From: a bacterium | GTDB lineage: Bacteria > J088 > JAWLBW01 | Direction: 5' to 3' | Assembly: GCA_041690355.1 (NCBI GenBank) | Contig: JAWLHK010000024.1 | Coordinates: 1 to 64,000 of the forward strand | DNA length: 64,000 nucleotides | In this document: piece after piece, positions 8,940 to 19,394 of the stretch | Layout of the letters: every line of letters begins with the position of its first letter | How positions within the stretch are numbered: position 1 is the stretch's first letter | The notes under the pieces: model-generated | What the model was told of the DNA's origin: nothing | Databases searched by the model: none | The model's input: the letters and a program-made list of their open reading frames with translations, nothing else | Program-made: the position numbers and the translations under genes

Positions 8940-10456
8940 AAGCTGACCGGCGGCGCGGCGCTGAAGAGCAGCTTGAGGTCTTCGTCGTCGAAGTGCAGGC
9001 CGCCCCCCGCAAAGTAGAACGGAACCCGGTGCCGGTTGACGAGATCCTCGGCCCCGGCCGTCACGAAGAAGTGGTTCAGGAAGTACCAGTTCAGCTCGGC
9101 CTTCAGGTTCGGGTTGTTGTCGCGCGTGAAGTCGTAGGCGTGCACGGCGAGCTGCAGGTCGGGGTCGACGATGGCGTAGTCGAGCCCCACGCCCCCCGTG
9201 TTCTGGATGATTCCGCCGCGCAGCGTGATGCCGTAGAACTTCTTGGCGAGCTGGGCGCTGAACTTGATCTTGTTCTCGAACTCTGCCACCTGCCGATCGC
9301 TCACGATGGCGCCGGTCGCCGGATCGCGCACGATGGTGCGCGTATGGTCGAGCCGCCCCATCGGATCGTCGATCACTTCGAACAGATAGTACTTGTCTTC
9401 CTTGGGCTGGATGCGCAGGCCGAAATAGCTCTTCAGGCCGCCGGCGCCCGTGCGGTTCACCAGGCGGTCGTCGTTGGTTTCGTTGAACCGGTACTCGCCC
9501 CGGTAGTGCACGATCGTGCGCAGGTCACGCACCTGCTGCAGCACGACATTGACCCCTTCGAGCGCGTCGTTGAGCTTGTTGACGGTGGCCTCGTCGGTGA
9601 GCAGCTTCCCGATCGTACCCTCGCCCCGGTTGAGGCGACCGGTGATCTCCTGCAGATCGGCCGCGGCCGCGTCGAGGCGGGTGACCACCCGGTTGGCGTC
9701 TCCGACCGTGTCGTCGAGCTTCGGGCGCAGGTCGGCCACCGCATCGCTGACCGAGCCGACGAAGCCGCGGGCGTCGACCGCCACGCGGTTCACGTTGTCG
9801 AGCAGCTCGGGGGCCTGCTCCTCGAGCATCCGCGCGATGCGGTTGACGGTGGCAATCGTGTCGCGCACCCCGGCGCGGTTCTCGATCACCGCCTCGTTGA
9901 GGTTGCGCGTGAGCGCCTCCATGGAGAGCACGATGGAGCGCAGGCTCTGCTGCATCTCGGGCGTTCCGACAGCGTAGCGCAGCGACCGGGTGACCGCCTT
10001 GATGTCGGCGCTGATTTCGGTCAGCTGCTCGGCCAGGCGCTCGAAGTCGGGGGGCGCATAGGTCGTGACGATCGTGTCGCCGGGCTTGAGCAGCGCGGCC
10101 TCTTCGGAGCCCGGATCGACTTCCAGATATTTCTCGCCGAGAATGCCCGCGGTTTTGACGGCGATCGAGGCGTCTTCGTGAATCTGCACACCGCGCAGAA
10201 ACTTCATCGTGATGCGTGCGCGCTTCTGGTAGAGCTCGATGGCCGTGACCTCGCCGACCTTGATGCCGGCGATGAGGATGGGGGTCTGCGGTTCGATGCC
10301 GTAGGCCGAGTCGAGCACGGCGTAAAGCGGATAGCCCTCGGCCTGGCGAAAGCTGAACCCGCCCAGCTGCAGCGTGCCCCAGGCGAGAATGCCGAGGGTG
10401 ACGAGCACGAAGAGGCCGACGATGGCGCGGGTCGACAACAGACGGGGTTCGGCCAC
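8936..10456 (-). CDS. mlaD: MCE/MlaD family protein with long coiled coil and C-terminal beta-rich domain
   Basis: N-terminal TM, IAGIKVGEV and GILGEKYLEVDPG MCE motifs, GEGTIGKLL, downstream of mlaE/mlaF. Confidence 0.88.
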   Translation of the reverse strand: MAEPRLLSTRAIVGLFVLVTLGILAWGTLQLGGFSFRQAEGYPLYAVLDSAYGIEPQTPILIAGIKVGEVTAIELYQKRARITMKFLRGVQIHEDASIAVKTAGILGEKYLEVDPGSEEAALLKPGDTIVTTYAPPDFERLAEQLTEISADIKAVTRSLRYAVGTPEMQQSLRSIVLSMEALTRNLNEAVIENRAGVRDTIATVNRIARMLEEQAPELLDNVNRVAVDARGFVGSVSDAVADLRPKLDDTVGDANRVVTRLDAAAADLQEITGRLNRGEGTIGKLLTDEATVNKLNDALEGVNVVLQQVRDLRTIVHYRGEYRFNETNDDRLVNRTGAGGLKSYFGLRIQPKEDKYYLFEVIDDPMGRLDHTRTIVRDPATGAIVSDRQVAEFENKIKFSAQLAKKFYGITLRGGIIQNTGGVGLDYAIVDPDLQLAVHAYDFTRDNNPNLKAELNWYFLNHFFVTAGAEDLVNRHRVPFYFAGGGLHFDDEDLKLLFSAAPPVSF

Positions 10457-11214
10457 TATTTCACCTGAATGGGGCCGTCGGTAGAACGTCCCTGAATGAA
10501 CTGAACGACGGCGGGGTCCTTGCTGGTGCGAAAGGCCTCGGCGGTACCGTCGAAGGCGATGCGCCCGTTGAGCAGCAGCGCGACATGGTCGGCAAGGTCG
10601 TAGGTAACTTTGAGATCGTGGGTCACGATGACGCAGGTGTACGGGTTCTTCTCGCGCGTCGAGCGGATGCTCCGCACGATCACGTCGCTCAGGACGGGGT
10701 CGAGACCGGTCGTCGGTTCGTCGAAGAGCACGATGTCGGGATCGAGGACGATGGCCCGGGCCAGCCCGATCCGCTTGCGCATCCCCCCCGACAGTTCGGC
10801 CGGAAACTGATCGCCCAGATTGCCGAGCCCGACCAGGCCGAGGGTCTCGTCGACCCGGGCCACGATTTCAGACTCCGTGAACCCGCCGCGCTCCCGCATG
10901 GGGAAGGCAACGTTCTCGCGGGCGCTCATGGAGTCGAACAGGGCCGCGTGCTGAAAACACATGGCCATTCTCCGGAGTAGCTCCCGGCGCTGCCCCCGCC
11001 GGGCGCGCAGAAAATCGACCCCTTCGAATACGATCGTTCCCGAGTCGGGGGCCAGCAGACCGAGCAGATGTTTCAGCAGAACGCTCTTGCCCGAACCCGA
11101 CAACCCCATGATCACTGTAATCTCACCCCGGCCGATCGTCAAATCGACGCCGCGAAGAACCGTATTCTCCTTGAAGCTCTTGTGCAGATCGCGGATTTCG
11201 ACGACGGCTTCCAT
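10456..11214 (-). CDS. mlaF: ABC transporter ATP-binding protein MlaF
   Basis: GLSGSGKS, LSGGMRKR, LFDEPTTGLDP, VTHD. Confidence 0.92.
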   Translation of the reverse strand: MEAVVEIRDLHKSFKENTVLRGVDLTIGRGEITVIMGLSGSGKSVLLKHLLGLLAPDSGTIVFEGVDFLRARRGQRRELLRRMAMCFQHAALFDSMSARENVAFPMRERGGFTESEIVARVDETLGLVGLGNLGDQFPAELSGGMRKRIGLARAIVLDPDIVLFDEPTTGLDPVLSDVIVRSIRSTREKNPYTCVIVTHDLKVTYDLADHVALLLNGRIAFDGTAEAFRTSKDPAVVQFIQGRSTDGPIQVK

Positions 11215-12008
11215 CAGTACATCAACGCCGTGAGAAAGTAATCAAGAATGAGCAGCGACACCGAACTCACGACGACGGCTTTCGTGGTCGCGAGACCCAC
11301 GCCGCGCGCGCCCCCCGAGCTGTTGTAGCCGAAATAGGAGCAGATCGAGGCGATGAGCAGTCCGAAAACGGCGGCCTTGACCTCGCCCGAATAGAGGTCG
11401 GAGAGGTCGACCATCTGCAGCGTACGGCCGACGAAGACATTGTGGGTCACGCCGAGAAGCCGCACGGTCACGAAATAGGCCCCCATGGTTCCGCAGAACG
11501 TGAACAGCGCGGCGAGCAGCGGCATCATGAGCAGCGAGGCCACGATGCGCGGCGTGACCAGGTAGTGCACAGGATTGATGTCCATCGTCGAGAGGGCGTC
11601 GATCTGCTCGTTTTCGCGCATGTAGCCGATCTCGGTGGCCATGGCGCTGCCGGCGCGCGCGGTGACCATGAGGCCGGTCATGACGGGCGCGAGCTCACGC
11701 GTCAGACTCAGCAGCACCGACGGCCCGATCAGGTATTCGGCGCTGAACAGGCGAAAGGCATAGGAGCCCTGCAGGGCAAAGACCATGCCCGTGAACGTGC
11801 CGGTCAGGGCGATGATGAAGAAGCTCTGGGCGCCGATGAACTCGAGCTGGGCCAGAAAAAGGTGGGTGCGGAACGGGCGGCGGAAGGTCATGGCGGCCGC
11901 CTGGGCGAACAGGAGAATGATGCCGCCGAGGTGATCGAGAAAGTCGGTAATCGATTCGCCGACGAGGCCGAGCGTGTCGACCGTGCGCCGCACGAAACGG
12001 TTCAGCAC
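11214..12008 (-). CDS. mlaE: ABC transporter permease MlaE
   Basis: RELAPVMTG, ARAGSAMATEIGYMR..EQIDAL, GGARGVG.ATT.AVV. Confidence 0.94.
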   Translation of the reverse strand: MLNRFVRRTVDTLGLVGESITDFLDHLGGIILLFAQAAAMTFRRPFRTHLFLAQLEFIGAQSFFIIALTGTFTGMVFALQGSYAFRLFSAEYLIGPSVLLSLTRELAPVMTGLMVTARAGSAMATEIGYMRENEQIDALSTMDINPVHYLVTPRIVASLLMMPLLAALFTFCGTMGAYFVTVRLLGVTHNVFVGRTLQMVDLSDLYSGEVKAAVFGLLIASICSYFGYNSSGGARGVGLATTKAVVVSSVSLLILDYFLTALMY

Positions 12009-13147
12009 CGCAGCCCCGCTTCGCTTTCGCCCAGGTAGACGCGCGGCACCCGATGCGAGACGTTGCAGCAGACTTCGTAGGCGATGGTGCCGGTCCAGTC
12101 ACCCCACTCGTCTGCGGTGACGGCGGCGGGCCCCAGGCCGCCGAAGAGCGTGACCGGCATGCCCGTTTCGGCCCCGGCGACGTCGGTCAGATCGACCATG
12201 AACATGTCCATGCAGACGCGGCCGGCCACCGGCACACGGCGGCCGCCGGCCGTCACCTGGCCTGCGTTCGAGAGCCGGCGGGCAACGCCGTCGGCATAGC
12301 CGGCCGGCACCACGCCGATGATCGAATCACGGCCGGCGACCCAGCTGGCGCCATAGCTCACGCTCTGGCCGCGGCGCACGCGGCGGATCTGGACGACGGC
12401 CGACGTGAACTCCATGACGGGCTGCAGCGAGCCCCTCGCCCGCAGCGCTTCGGCCGGATACCCGCCGTAGAGCATGATGCCCGGGCGCACCAGGTCGCCG
12501 GGAACGGGGTGCTCGAACATGAGGGCGGCGCTGTTCGCAAGGTGCAGATGCGGCACTTCGCCCACCGCCTTGAGCAGATGGTCGGCCGCCGAGGAAAGGA
12601 GGATCCCCTGCTCACGCGTGACTCCCGGATCGGGCTGGTCGGCGTGCAGCGGGTGACTGAACAGGCCGCGCACCGTGAGGGCGGGATACTCGGCCAGGCT
12701 GCGGGCAAACGCCGCGAAGCCGTTCAGGTCGAACCCCAGGCGGGCCATGCCCGTATCGATTTTGAGGTGGACCGCGGCGCGACGGTCGAGCCGCAGCGCG
12801 GCCGCATGCAGGCGCCGGGCGGTATCTTCGTCGGGCACGCTGCAGGTGACCCCCTGCGCCAGCGCTTCGGATTCTTCGCCGGGAAACAGGGCCCCGAGGA
12901 GGAGAATCTCGGCATGAATGCCCGATTCGCGCAGCTGAACCGCCTCGTCGAGAGTGGCCACGCCGAACCAGATGCAGCCGGCCGTCTGCAGGGCGCGCGC
13001 GACGGGAACGGCGCCGTGCCCGTAGGCATCACCCTTGACCACGGCCACGACGGCGCGATCGCCGGCCAGCCGCTGCGCCTCGCGGTAATTCGCGATCAGC
13101 CGATCGAGGTGAATGAGCGCGCGCGTGGGTCGGCCGTCAGGGAGCAT
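12002..13147 (-). CDS. alr: Alanine racemase
   Basis: AVVKGDAYGHG (PLP Lys), HLKIDTGMARLG, VRPGIMLYG, GYADG, GRVCMD. Confidence 0.97.
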   Translation of the reverse strand: MLPDGRPTRALIHLDRLIANYREAQRLAGDRAVVAVVKGDAYGHGAVPVARALQTAGCIWFGVATLDEAVQLRESGIHAEILLLGALFPGEESEALAQGVTCSVPDEDTARRLHAAALRLDRRAAVHLKIDTGMARLGFDLNGFAAFARSLAEYPALTVRGLFSHPLHADQPDPGVTREQGILLSSAADHLLKAVGEVPHLHLANSAALMFEHPVPGDLVRPGIMLYGGYPAEALRARGSLQPVMEFTSAVVQIRRVRRGQSVSYGASWVAGRDSIIGVVPAGYADGVARRLSNAGQVTAGGRRVPVAGRVCMDMFMVDLTDVAGAETGMPVTLFGGLGPAAVTADEWGDWTGTIAYEVCCNVSHRVPRVYLGESEAGLRC

Positions 13148-13260
13148 GGTTGCAGAACGGGCAGCGAGGAAACCGGGAGCCGGAAAGCAATCAGTGTATC
13201 AGAGCCCCGCCGCCGATGCTGCGGCCCGCGCATGCAGGAATGCCCGGAGGCCGCAGGCGC

Positions 13261-15363
13261 TCAGTTTGCGCGGTAGATCCGCAACGCACCGTCCCACTGG
13301 ATCCCTTCGCCGTAATACCCGGTGTAGGCCGTGTCGACGACGAGCAGGATCGGACGGCCCTGACCGTCGAACGCGATATCGGCAGCGCGCCCGGGGCCCA
13401 CCTCGATGGGCGCCGAGAAACCCGTTGCGCCGGGCAACCGTTCCGCGTAAAAGACGTAGGGCTGCGACGTGTTCCCGATTACCGGATCGTACTTGAAGTA
13501 CTCGGCCGCCCAGACGGCCGCCAGCCGGCCTTCGGGAGACAGCTTCATGCGCGGGGCATAGAAGTTGATGTAATCGAAGTCGGTCGGCGCCATCGGCCGG
13601 AATGGGGCGAACCCGCCGCCGTTCGGATCGGTGGCCAGCGTCAGGGTCGTGGCCGGCGCGAAGAACCAGACGTTCGAGTAGTCATTGCCGAGGAATACGT
13701 CTTCGGCGCCGACGGTCGCCTGGTCGAACGATTCCAGATACGCAGCCGTTGCCGCCGTCACCGTCGGGCCGAACGAGAGGCGCGTGGGCGAATCGACGAG
13801 AGAGGTACGGTAATATTCGTAGGCGAATGTCGAGGTGTTCTGATCAATCCAGTAGACCGTCGGAAGCCCGTTGGCGCCGAGCCGGTCGCCGAACTGCACG
13901 CCCCAGTACTGGTAGTAGCTCGTGGCTTTGAGGGCCCGGCGCGCAAAGGCGCCGTTTTCGATGACGTCGACGGCGGCCGTGGTCATGGCCGAAGGAAAGA
14001 CGGCAAAGATCCGGTCGTCGACGACGCGCACGTCTACCGACCGATTGTAGTAATAGCCCATGTCGGCGTGGCGCACGACGGGGCTTTCGAAGCCGCCCGC
14101 CGCCGCGCCGCGCACGATCGCGGCATAGGCGTAGCCCCAGTCGTCGTCGGCCGCGTAGGCGATCACCGGCCGCCCGGCGCCGTCAAAATCGAAGGCCAGC
14201 GTGCCGTAATTCAGATTTCCGTTGCGCATCGGGTAGAGCGGGAACGGAGCGGTCGTCCGGCTGAACGCATAGCCGTCGACCGTGCGCAGGTACTCGATGC
14301 CCCCGTCGCTGACCGTCGCGACATGCAGACCGTCGGGGCGCAGCGCGAGCACGCCGGCAGGCTCGTTACCCTGCCCGTAGTACGAGGCGATGCGCCGGCC
14401 CGTGAAGCCGCTGACCGCCGTCTGTTCGAGCGGCGGCGGCGGCGCGATACCGGTATCGATGACCCCGCCGTCGGGGAGAAAGTCGAGGTGGCCGAATTTG
14501 TTGCCGGTCAGCGCCGCCATGCGCAGGCCGCCGGTGATCGAGCCGCCCATCCGGGCGAGCAGGTCGAGGGGAATGCCGACCGTGAGCGCGTTTCCGGCGA
14601 ACGTGGCGGCCAGCGGGCGCACCGCCTCGGCCGTGACAAGCCGGACGTAGCCGCGGTCGACCGGCGTGAAATCAATGGTCGCCTCGACGCCGAGCGCGGC
14701 CGACGTAACCGGGCGGCCGAGCGAGGCGGCGAGCGCGTTCATGCGCGGGAGCAGCACGCTGTCGCGCCCGGTCGCCGCATTGCGGTCGACGTCGAGTTCG
14801 AGGATGCCGCGCACGCTGCCGTCGCCCGCGTTCCAGGGCGCATCGACCGCGTTGCGGAACCCGACGCGGATGAAGACCGCATCGGTGCCCCAGGCGACGG
14901 TCACGTCCGACACGTCGGGCGACCAGGCCGGGGCCGTCTTGCCCGAAGCGTAGACCGGGAGCGAAGCGGCCGGGTCGCGCGCCAGCACCGAGGGATAGAC
15001 GGTAATATCAACGACCGTTTCGACCCCGGCTTTCACGTCGGCGGTCGCATCGCCGGAGTATCCGTGCACCAGCTCGGCGGTCGATCGGATGAGTCCCAGA
15101 ACCCGCACGAGCCGATTCGGGCCGGGTTTTACGGGAAGTGCGACCGAGCGCTCGCGCACCCGCTGAACCACGGGCTTTTCCATGTCGTCGGCCGAAACGA
15201 CCACCAGCCACTCCGAGGGCACGACGGCGTTCTCGCTGGCGTGCGGCAGGTAGCCGGCCGCCGGCAGTTCGAGGCGGATGACGCCCCGCTCTTCACTGTC
15301 GATACGCGCGCAGGCCGTCAGCGCGACCAGCCCCAGGACCCCAATCAATCCCAACCGTTTCAT
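13261..15363 (-). CDS. Large hypothetical lipoprotein, beta-rich (possible C-terminal beta-propeller)
   Basis: Lipobox LTAC after MKR + hydrophobic stretch; repeated (I/L)AFD..GRP.I motifs; SD AGGAG. Confidence 0.75.
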   Translation of the reverse strand: MKRLGLIGVLGLVALTACARIDSEERGVIRLELPAAGYLPHASENAVVPSEWLVVVSADDMEKPVVQRVRERSVALPVKPGPNRLVRVLGLIRSTAELVHGYSGDATADVKAGVETVVDITVYPSVLARDPAASLPVYASGKTAPAWSPDVSDVTVAWGTDAVFIRVGFRNAVDAPWNAGDGSVRGILELDVDRNAATGRDSVLLPRMNALAASLGRPVTSAALGVEATIDFTPVDRGYVRLVTAEAVRPLAATFAGNALTVGIPLDLLARMGGSITGGLRMAALTGNKFGHLDFLPDGGVIDTGIAPPPPLEQTAVSGFTGRRIASYYGQGNEPAGVLALRPDGLHVATVSDGGIEYLRTVDGYAFSRTTAPFPLYPMRNGNLNYGTLAFDFDGAGRPVIAYAADDDWGYAYAAIVRGAAAGGFESPVVRHADMGYYYNRSVDVRVVDDRIFAVFPSAMTTAAVDVIENGAFARRALKATSYYQYWGVQFGDRLGANGLPTVYWIDQNTSTFAYEYYRTSLVDSPTRLSFGPTVTAATAAYLESFDQATVGAEDVFLGNDYSNVWFFAPATTLTLATDPNGGGFAPFRPMAPTDFDYINFYAPRMKLSPEGRLAAVWAAEYFKYDPVIGNTSQPYVFYAERLPGATGFSAPIEVGPGRAADIAFDGQGRPILLVVDTAYTGYYGEGIQWDGALRIYRAN

Positions 15364-15371
15364 GGCGGCTC

Positions 15372-16193
15372 CTACTTTTCGTCCGGGAGATGAATGCGAA
15401 TCGTCACCGACGACGGTCTGCGGGCGTCGGTCGGCTGCTGATTGATCGGCGGCAGGCCGCCCCCGCCCAGATTCGGGGCCCCCGAGGCCGGCGCAAAGCC
15501 GAAATCGCCGGCCGCCGATTCGGCGTCGTCGCGCGTCACGGCGCTGCGGGCCGACCCCTTACCCTTGACGCTCACGCTCCGATCGAGGGCGCGCAGCGCC
15601 GCTTCGTCGAGCATCAGGGCGGCGCCCGGCGGCAGGCTGGGGCCCACCTGGCTGCGGCCACCGGCCGCCAGCACGATGTTGCCGGGAATCTTCGGGTCGC
15701 TGCTGCGTACGTCGACCGAGCCTTCGAGCACGGTTACCGTCGACCCTTCGCCTTCGGGGCCGGTTTCGACGACGAACTCGGTGCCGCGCACGCCGGCGAC
15801 GGCGGTCGGGGTCCCGAGCTCAAACTTGTTGCGACCGGCCAGATACTTCGAAACGGCGGCCTTCACCTTGCCGCTCCACAATTTGAAGAAGCTGCGGCGT
15901 TCGCCCTGCGGCTTGTAGACGAACTCGTTCAGCTCGAGCTCGCTCGCGGCGGCCATGCTCATCGACGATCCGTCGTTCAGCTTGAGACGGGCGCTCGACG
16001 AGGCGGCGGTCCTGATCCGGTCGCCCAGAAAGAGCGCTTCGCCGGGCTGCAGCCGGCCCCATTTCTCGGCGCCCGCGTGGCGCACCTGCACCTTGCCGAG
16101 CACGATACTGGCGGTTCCGATGCGCTCGGGTTCGGCGCCGGAAGCCGGCGCGGCGAGCGCGAGCAGCAGAAGCATGGAGGTGAAAAGGCGCAT
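15372..16193 (-). CDS. FecR-domain secreted protein
   Basis: Signal peptide; GDRIRT...LNDGS, TPTAVAGVRGTEF, VTVLEGSV FecR signature. Confidence 0.88.
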   Translation of the reverse strand: MRLFTSMLLLLALAAPASGAEPERIGTASIVLGKVQVRHAGAEKWGRLQPGEALFLGDRIRTAASSSARLKLNDGSSMSMAAASELELNEFVYKPQGERRSFFKLWSGKVKAAVSKYLAGRNKFELGTPTAVAGVRGTEFVVETGPEGEGSTVTVLEGSVDVRSSDPKIPGNIVLAAGGRSQVGPSLPPGAALMLDEAALRALDRSVSVKGKGSARSAVTRDDAESAAGDFGFAPASGAPNLGGGGLPPINQQPTDARRPSSVTIRIHLPDEK

Positions 16194-16203
16194 GGCTGTC
16201 CCC

Positions 16204-17850
16204 TTACCACCGGGCCTGAATGCCCAGGGCATAAATCACGCGTTGGTAATCGAAAAGGTCGACGCTCGAGCGGTTGCGCACGTAGCGCAGATCGACGCCG
16301 GCGCCCCAGACCTGCCCCTGGACGCCGAGTTCGGCGCCGGCCGACAGTTCATTGTCACTGCGGTCTTCGAGGCTCACCCCGCCGTCGGCACCCGGCAGCA
16401 CGAAGGGATTATCATAGTTGCGCCCGGTATAGGCGACCTGTGCGCCGAAGCGCCAGAGTCGTCCGAGCGGCAAGTCGGCCTGCAGGCCGCCGCGGTAGCC
16501 GCTGTGCGACCAGACGTTGCCCTCACCCTCGGCATCGCCGAGCAGGTAGGCCACGTACGGGCTCAGGCTGCCGCGCCGATCGAGAAACGACCAGCTGTAG
16601 AAGAGCGTCGCCTCGTTGCTGAGGCTGTCGCGGGTCTGCGCGTAGGTCGCGCCGCCGACCGTCAGTGCGGCCGGGTCGCTCGCGAAGTCTTCCATCGAGA
16701 GCGTATTCGCGACCCCGACGCCGTGATCGCCGGTTCGAAAGACGTACGTCGGGCTGATGCTGTGGGTGCGCGAATAGAGATTGTAGGTGGCGCCGTCTCC
16801 CAGCGGCCCGAGCACTGAAAGGGAGAACTGGTACGGGAGCGCCGCGTAGTGCTCGCCCTCGCTCCAGCTCAACCCGGCCGCCGGCGCGTGATTCGTGACG
16901 TCGAACCGGTCGAGCACGTCGCGGTTGTTCAGATGATAGCTCTGGTAGAGGTGGTAGCCGAGGCTGCCGCGCAGCCCCCCGGCGATATCCGGCGACCACC
17001 CGCCGCCCAGCCGCAGCACGGCGCGGTCGCCGGCCCGGTCGGAGATCTCGGCCGGCGTAAACAGGCCGCCGTCGGTGGGCACGAGCAGCACGTTCGTGTC
17101 GTATTCGTTGCGCACCGAAACATAGACGTCCCAGGTCTTGCGCGCACGCCCTTCAAGGCGGTCGAGCGCGGCCCGGGCGGGGCCTCCTGCGTCGCCGTCG
17201 GGATCGAGGGCGGCAGCGCGCGCAAGCTCGGCCTTCGCCTCCTCTTTGCGCCCGAGGCGGTAAGCGGCGAGCCCGCTGAAGAGCAGCGTTTCAGGCTCGA
17301 GCTCGCGATCGAGTTCGCGGGCCCGGGCCAGCGCTTCGCGCGCCGCTTCGTCCTGCCCCTGCGCGTAGCGGGTCAGGCCGAGAAAGTAGTGCGCATCGGC
17401 CTCGGCTGCGTCGGCGGCGATCGCCTTCTCGAGCGCCCGGACGGCCTTCGCATACTGCTCGCTGCGGTAATAAATGACGCCGCGCGTGAGATCGACGCGC
17501 GCGCCCGCCTTCTCAGCCCGCTTGAGCGTCTTGAGCGCCTGCGCGTACTTTCCCTCGAACGACTGCGCCTGGGCGACGATCAGCAGCGCCGCGGCGTTGT
17601 CGGCGTCGGCCTTGAGCACCTGGCGCGCGGTTCTGCGGGCGTCTGCATACCAACCGCTGTCGAGCTCGGCCTGCGCGCGCTCGAGCAAGGCGGCGAGCGC
17701 CGCCTCGTCAGGCACGCTCTTCGCGGCCGGTTCCGTCGCCGCCGCGGGCGCTTTGGATCTGGCGCGCTTCTGCGCCGCGGCCGAACCGGGCGCCGCCATC
17801 AGGACGAGGAGACCAACGAGCACGAACAGAGAAGGAGACAGACGCAACAT
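16204..17850 (-). CDS. TPR-repeat plus outer-membrane beta-barrel protein (Slam-like architecture)
   Basis: Signal peptide, several TPRs, EYDTNV barrel-start motif, alternating beta strands, C-terminal W. Confidence 0.78.
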   Translation of the reverse strand: MLRLSPSLFVLVGLLVLMAAPGSAAAQKRARSKAPAAATEPAAKSVPDEAALAALLERAQAELDSGWYADARRTARQVLKADADNAAALLIVAQAQSFEGKYAQALKTLKRAEKAGARVDLTRGVIYYRSEQYAKAVRALEKAIAADAAEADAHYFLGLTRYAQGQDEAAREALARARELDRELEPETLLFSGLAAYRLGRKEEAKAELARAAALDPDGDAGGPARAALDRLEGRARKTWDVYVSVRNEYDTNVLLVPTDGGLFTPAEISDRAGDRAVLRLGGGWSPDIAGGLRGSLGYHLYQSYHLNNRDVLDRFDVTNHAPAAGLSWSEGEHYAALPYQFSLSVLGPLGDGATYNLYSRTHSISPTYVFRTGDHGVGVANTLSMEDFASDPAALTVGGATYAQTRDSLSNEATLFYSWSFLDRRGSLSPYVAYLLGDAEGEGNVWSHSGYRGGLQADLPLGRLWRFGAQVAYTGRNYDNPFVLPGADGGVSLEDRSDNELSAGAELGVQGQVWGAGVDLRYVRNRSSVDLFDYQRVIYALGIQARW

Positions 17851-17931
17851 GCACTCACAGGGAACGGGGAAACGGGCGGGCACAGGAACGCCCGGCCGGC
17901 GGCCGGATTCTCCTTCTGCGCCCCGGTGTAC

Positions 17932-17961
17932 ATGCTAGTCGAACGGCGGCAAGGGTGTCAA
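17932..17961 (-). promoter_or_regulatory. Putative sigma70 promoter of TPR-FecR-lipoprotein operon
   Basis: TTGACA-N18-TAGCAT on minus strand. Confidence 0.5.
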
Positions 17962-18088
17962 ATGGCGCATGTGACCGGGCGCACACGGTTTTTTCGGCTG
18001 CCGGAACCGAGGTTCGACGCATTGCGCCGACGGGCCCCGGTCGACTACAATTCTCTCTTCTGCACGCCTCTCTGGAAGGGAATCTGAC

Positions 18089-19228
18089 ATGGCCAGCCGC
18101 TTTCTCAAGGGGAACCTCATCGATCCGAAGCCGCTCGACCGTAATCTCAAGGTCAGCGACCTGATCGACGACTACTTTCTCGCCTACAACGCGGGCCGCC
18201 TGCGCGAAGCCTGCCACGTCTACGCCCAGAAGATGCTCGGCAGGAACGTGACCGTCGGCATGAGCATCACGGGCGCCCTGACGCCCGCAGGGCTCGGCCG
18301 TTCCTCGGTGGTTCCGCTCATCGAGCGGGGGCTCGTCGACTGGATCGTGTCGACCGGGGCCAACCTCTATCACGACACCCACTTCGGCATCGGCCTGCAG
18401 CTGCGCCAGGGGAGCCCGTTCTACGACGACACCCGCCTGCGCGAAGAAGCCGTCATCCGCATCTACGACGTCGTCTTCGAATACGACGTGCTTCTGAAGA
18501 CCGACGCCTTTTTCCGCGAAGTCGTGGCTCAACCCGAGTTCCAGCGCGAAATGAGCACGGCTGAATTTCACTACCTCATCGGCAAGTACGTGCTGGCCCG
18601 CGAGAAGGCGCTCGGGATCAAGAAGCGCTCCATTCTCTCAGCCGCCCACCTGGCCGGCGTGCCGATCTATACGTCTAGCCCGGGTGACTCGTCCATCGGC
18701 ATGAACGTCGCGGCCCTGAGCCTGGGAGGCAACCAGCTGCGCTTCGACGTCAGCCGCGACGTCAACGAAACGGCCGCCATGGTGCTCGCAGCCAAGCGCG
18801 AGGGGGGCGAAAGCGGCGTGCTTATCTTCGGCGGCGGCAGCCCCAAGAACTTCATGCTCCAGACCGAACCGCAGATTCAGGAAGTGCTGGGCATCGACGA
18901 GAAGGGGCACGACTATTTCGTGCAGATCACCGACGCCCGCCCCGATACGGGGGGGCTTTCGGGGGCGACACCAAGCGAGGCGGTCAGCTGGGGCAAGGTC
19001 GATCCGAACCGGCTGCCCGACACCGTCGTCTGCTACACCGACTCGACCATCGCCATGCCGATGATGACCGCCTACGCCATCGAAAAGGTCGGCCGCCGTC
19101 CGCTGAAGCGCCTTTATGACCGGCGCGAAGAGCTCGTCGCGAAGCTGCAGGCCGAGTATGAAAAGGCGCAGGCACGCAAGAAGCGCAAGGCCCGCCAGAC
19201 GACGCGCCGCAAGGCCATCGGCGGATGA
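18089..19228 (+). CDS. speY: Deoxyhypusine synthase-like / homospermidine synthase
   Basis: [43 protein letters not shown] (catalytic Lys). Confidence 0.9.
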   Translation: MASRFLKGNLIDPKPLDRNLKVSDLIDDYFLAYNAGRLREACHVYAQKMLGRNVTVGMSITGALTPAGLGRSSVVPLIERGLVDWIVSTGANLYHDTHFGIGLQLRQGSPFYDDTRLREEAVIRIYDVVFEYDVLLKTDAFFREVVAQPEFQREMSTAEFHYLIGKYVLAREKALGIKKRSILSAAHLAGVPIYTSSPGDSSIGMNVAALSLGGNQLRFDVSRDVNETAAMVLAAKREGGESGVLIFGGGSPKNFMLQTEPQIQEVLGIDEKGHDYFVQITDARPDTGGLSGATPSEAVSWGKVDPNRLPDTVVCYTDSTIAMPMMTAYAIEKVGRRPLKRLYDRREELVAKLQAEYEKAQARKKRKARQTTRRKAIGG

Positions 19229-19231
19229 GGA

Positions 19232-19264
19232 GATTGACGATTTACAATTGACGATTTACGATTT
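19232..19264. repeat. Period-7 array (TTTACGA/TTGACGA family)
   Basis: GATTGAC GATTTAC AATTGAC GATTTAC GATTT directly after stop codon. Confidence 0.85.
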
Positions 19265-19394
19265 GCCGGCAAGGGCGAGACACACCTTTCACCCCGAAAC
19301 TTCCCCTTTCTCACCGGGCACGGCGTGGGCGGTTCGCAAATTTGAGCGATTTTCGGTATAATTTTGTAACCTTTTGACGCCCCGCGTTACCACC

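Noticed and set aside
19316-19331. Sigma54-like GG-N10-GC upstream of the PAP2 gene
   Set aside because: Poor match at both boxes (GGGCAC...GGGC); a TATAAT nearby explains the promoter better
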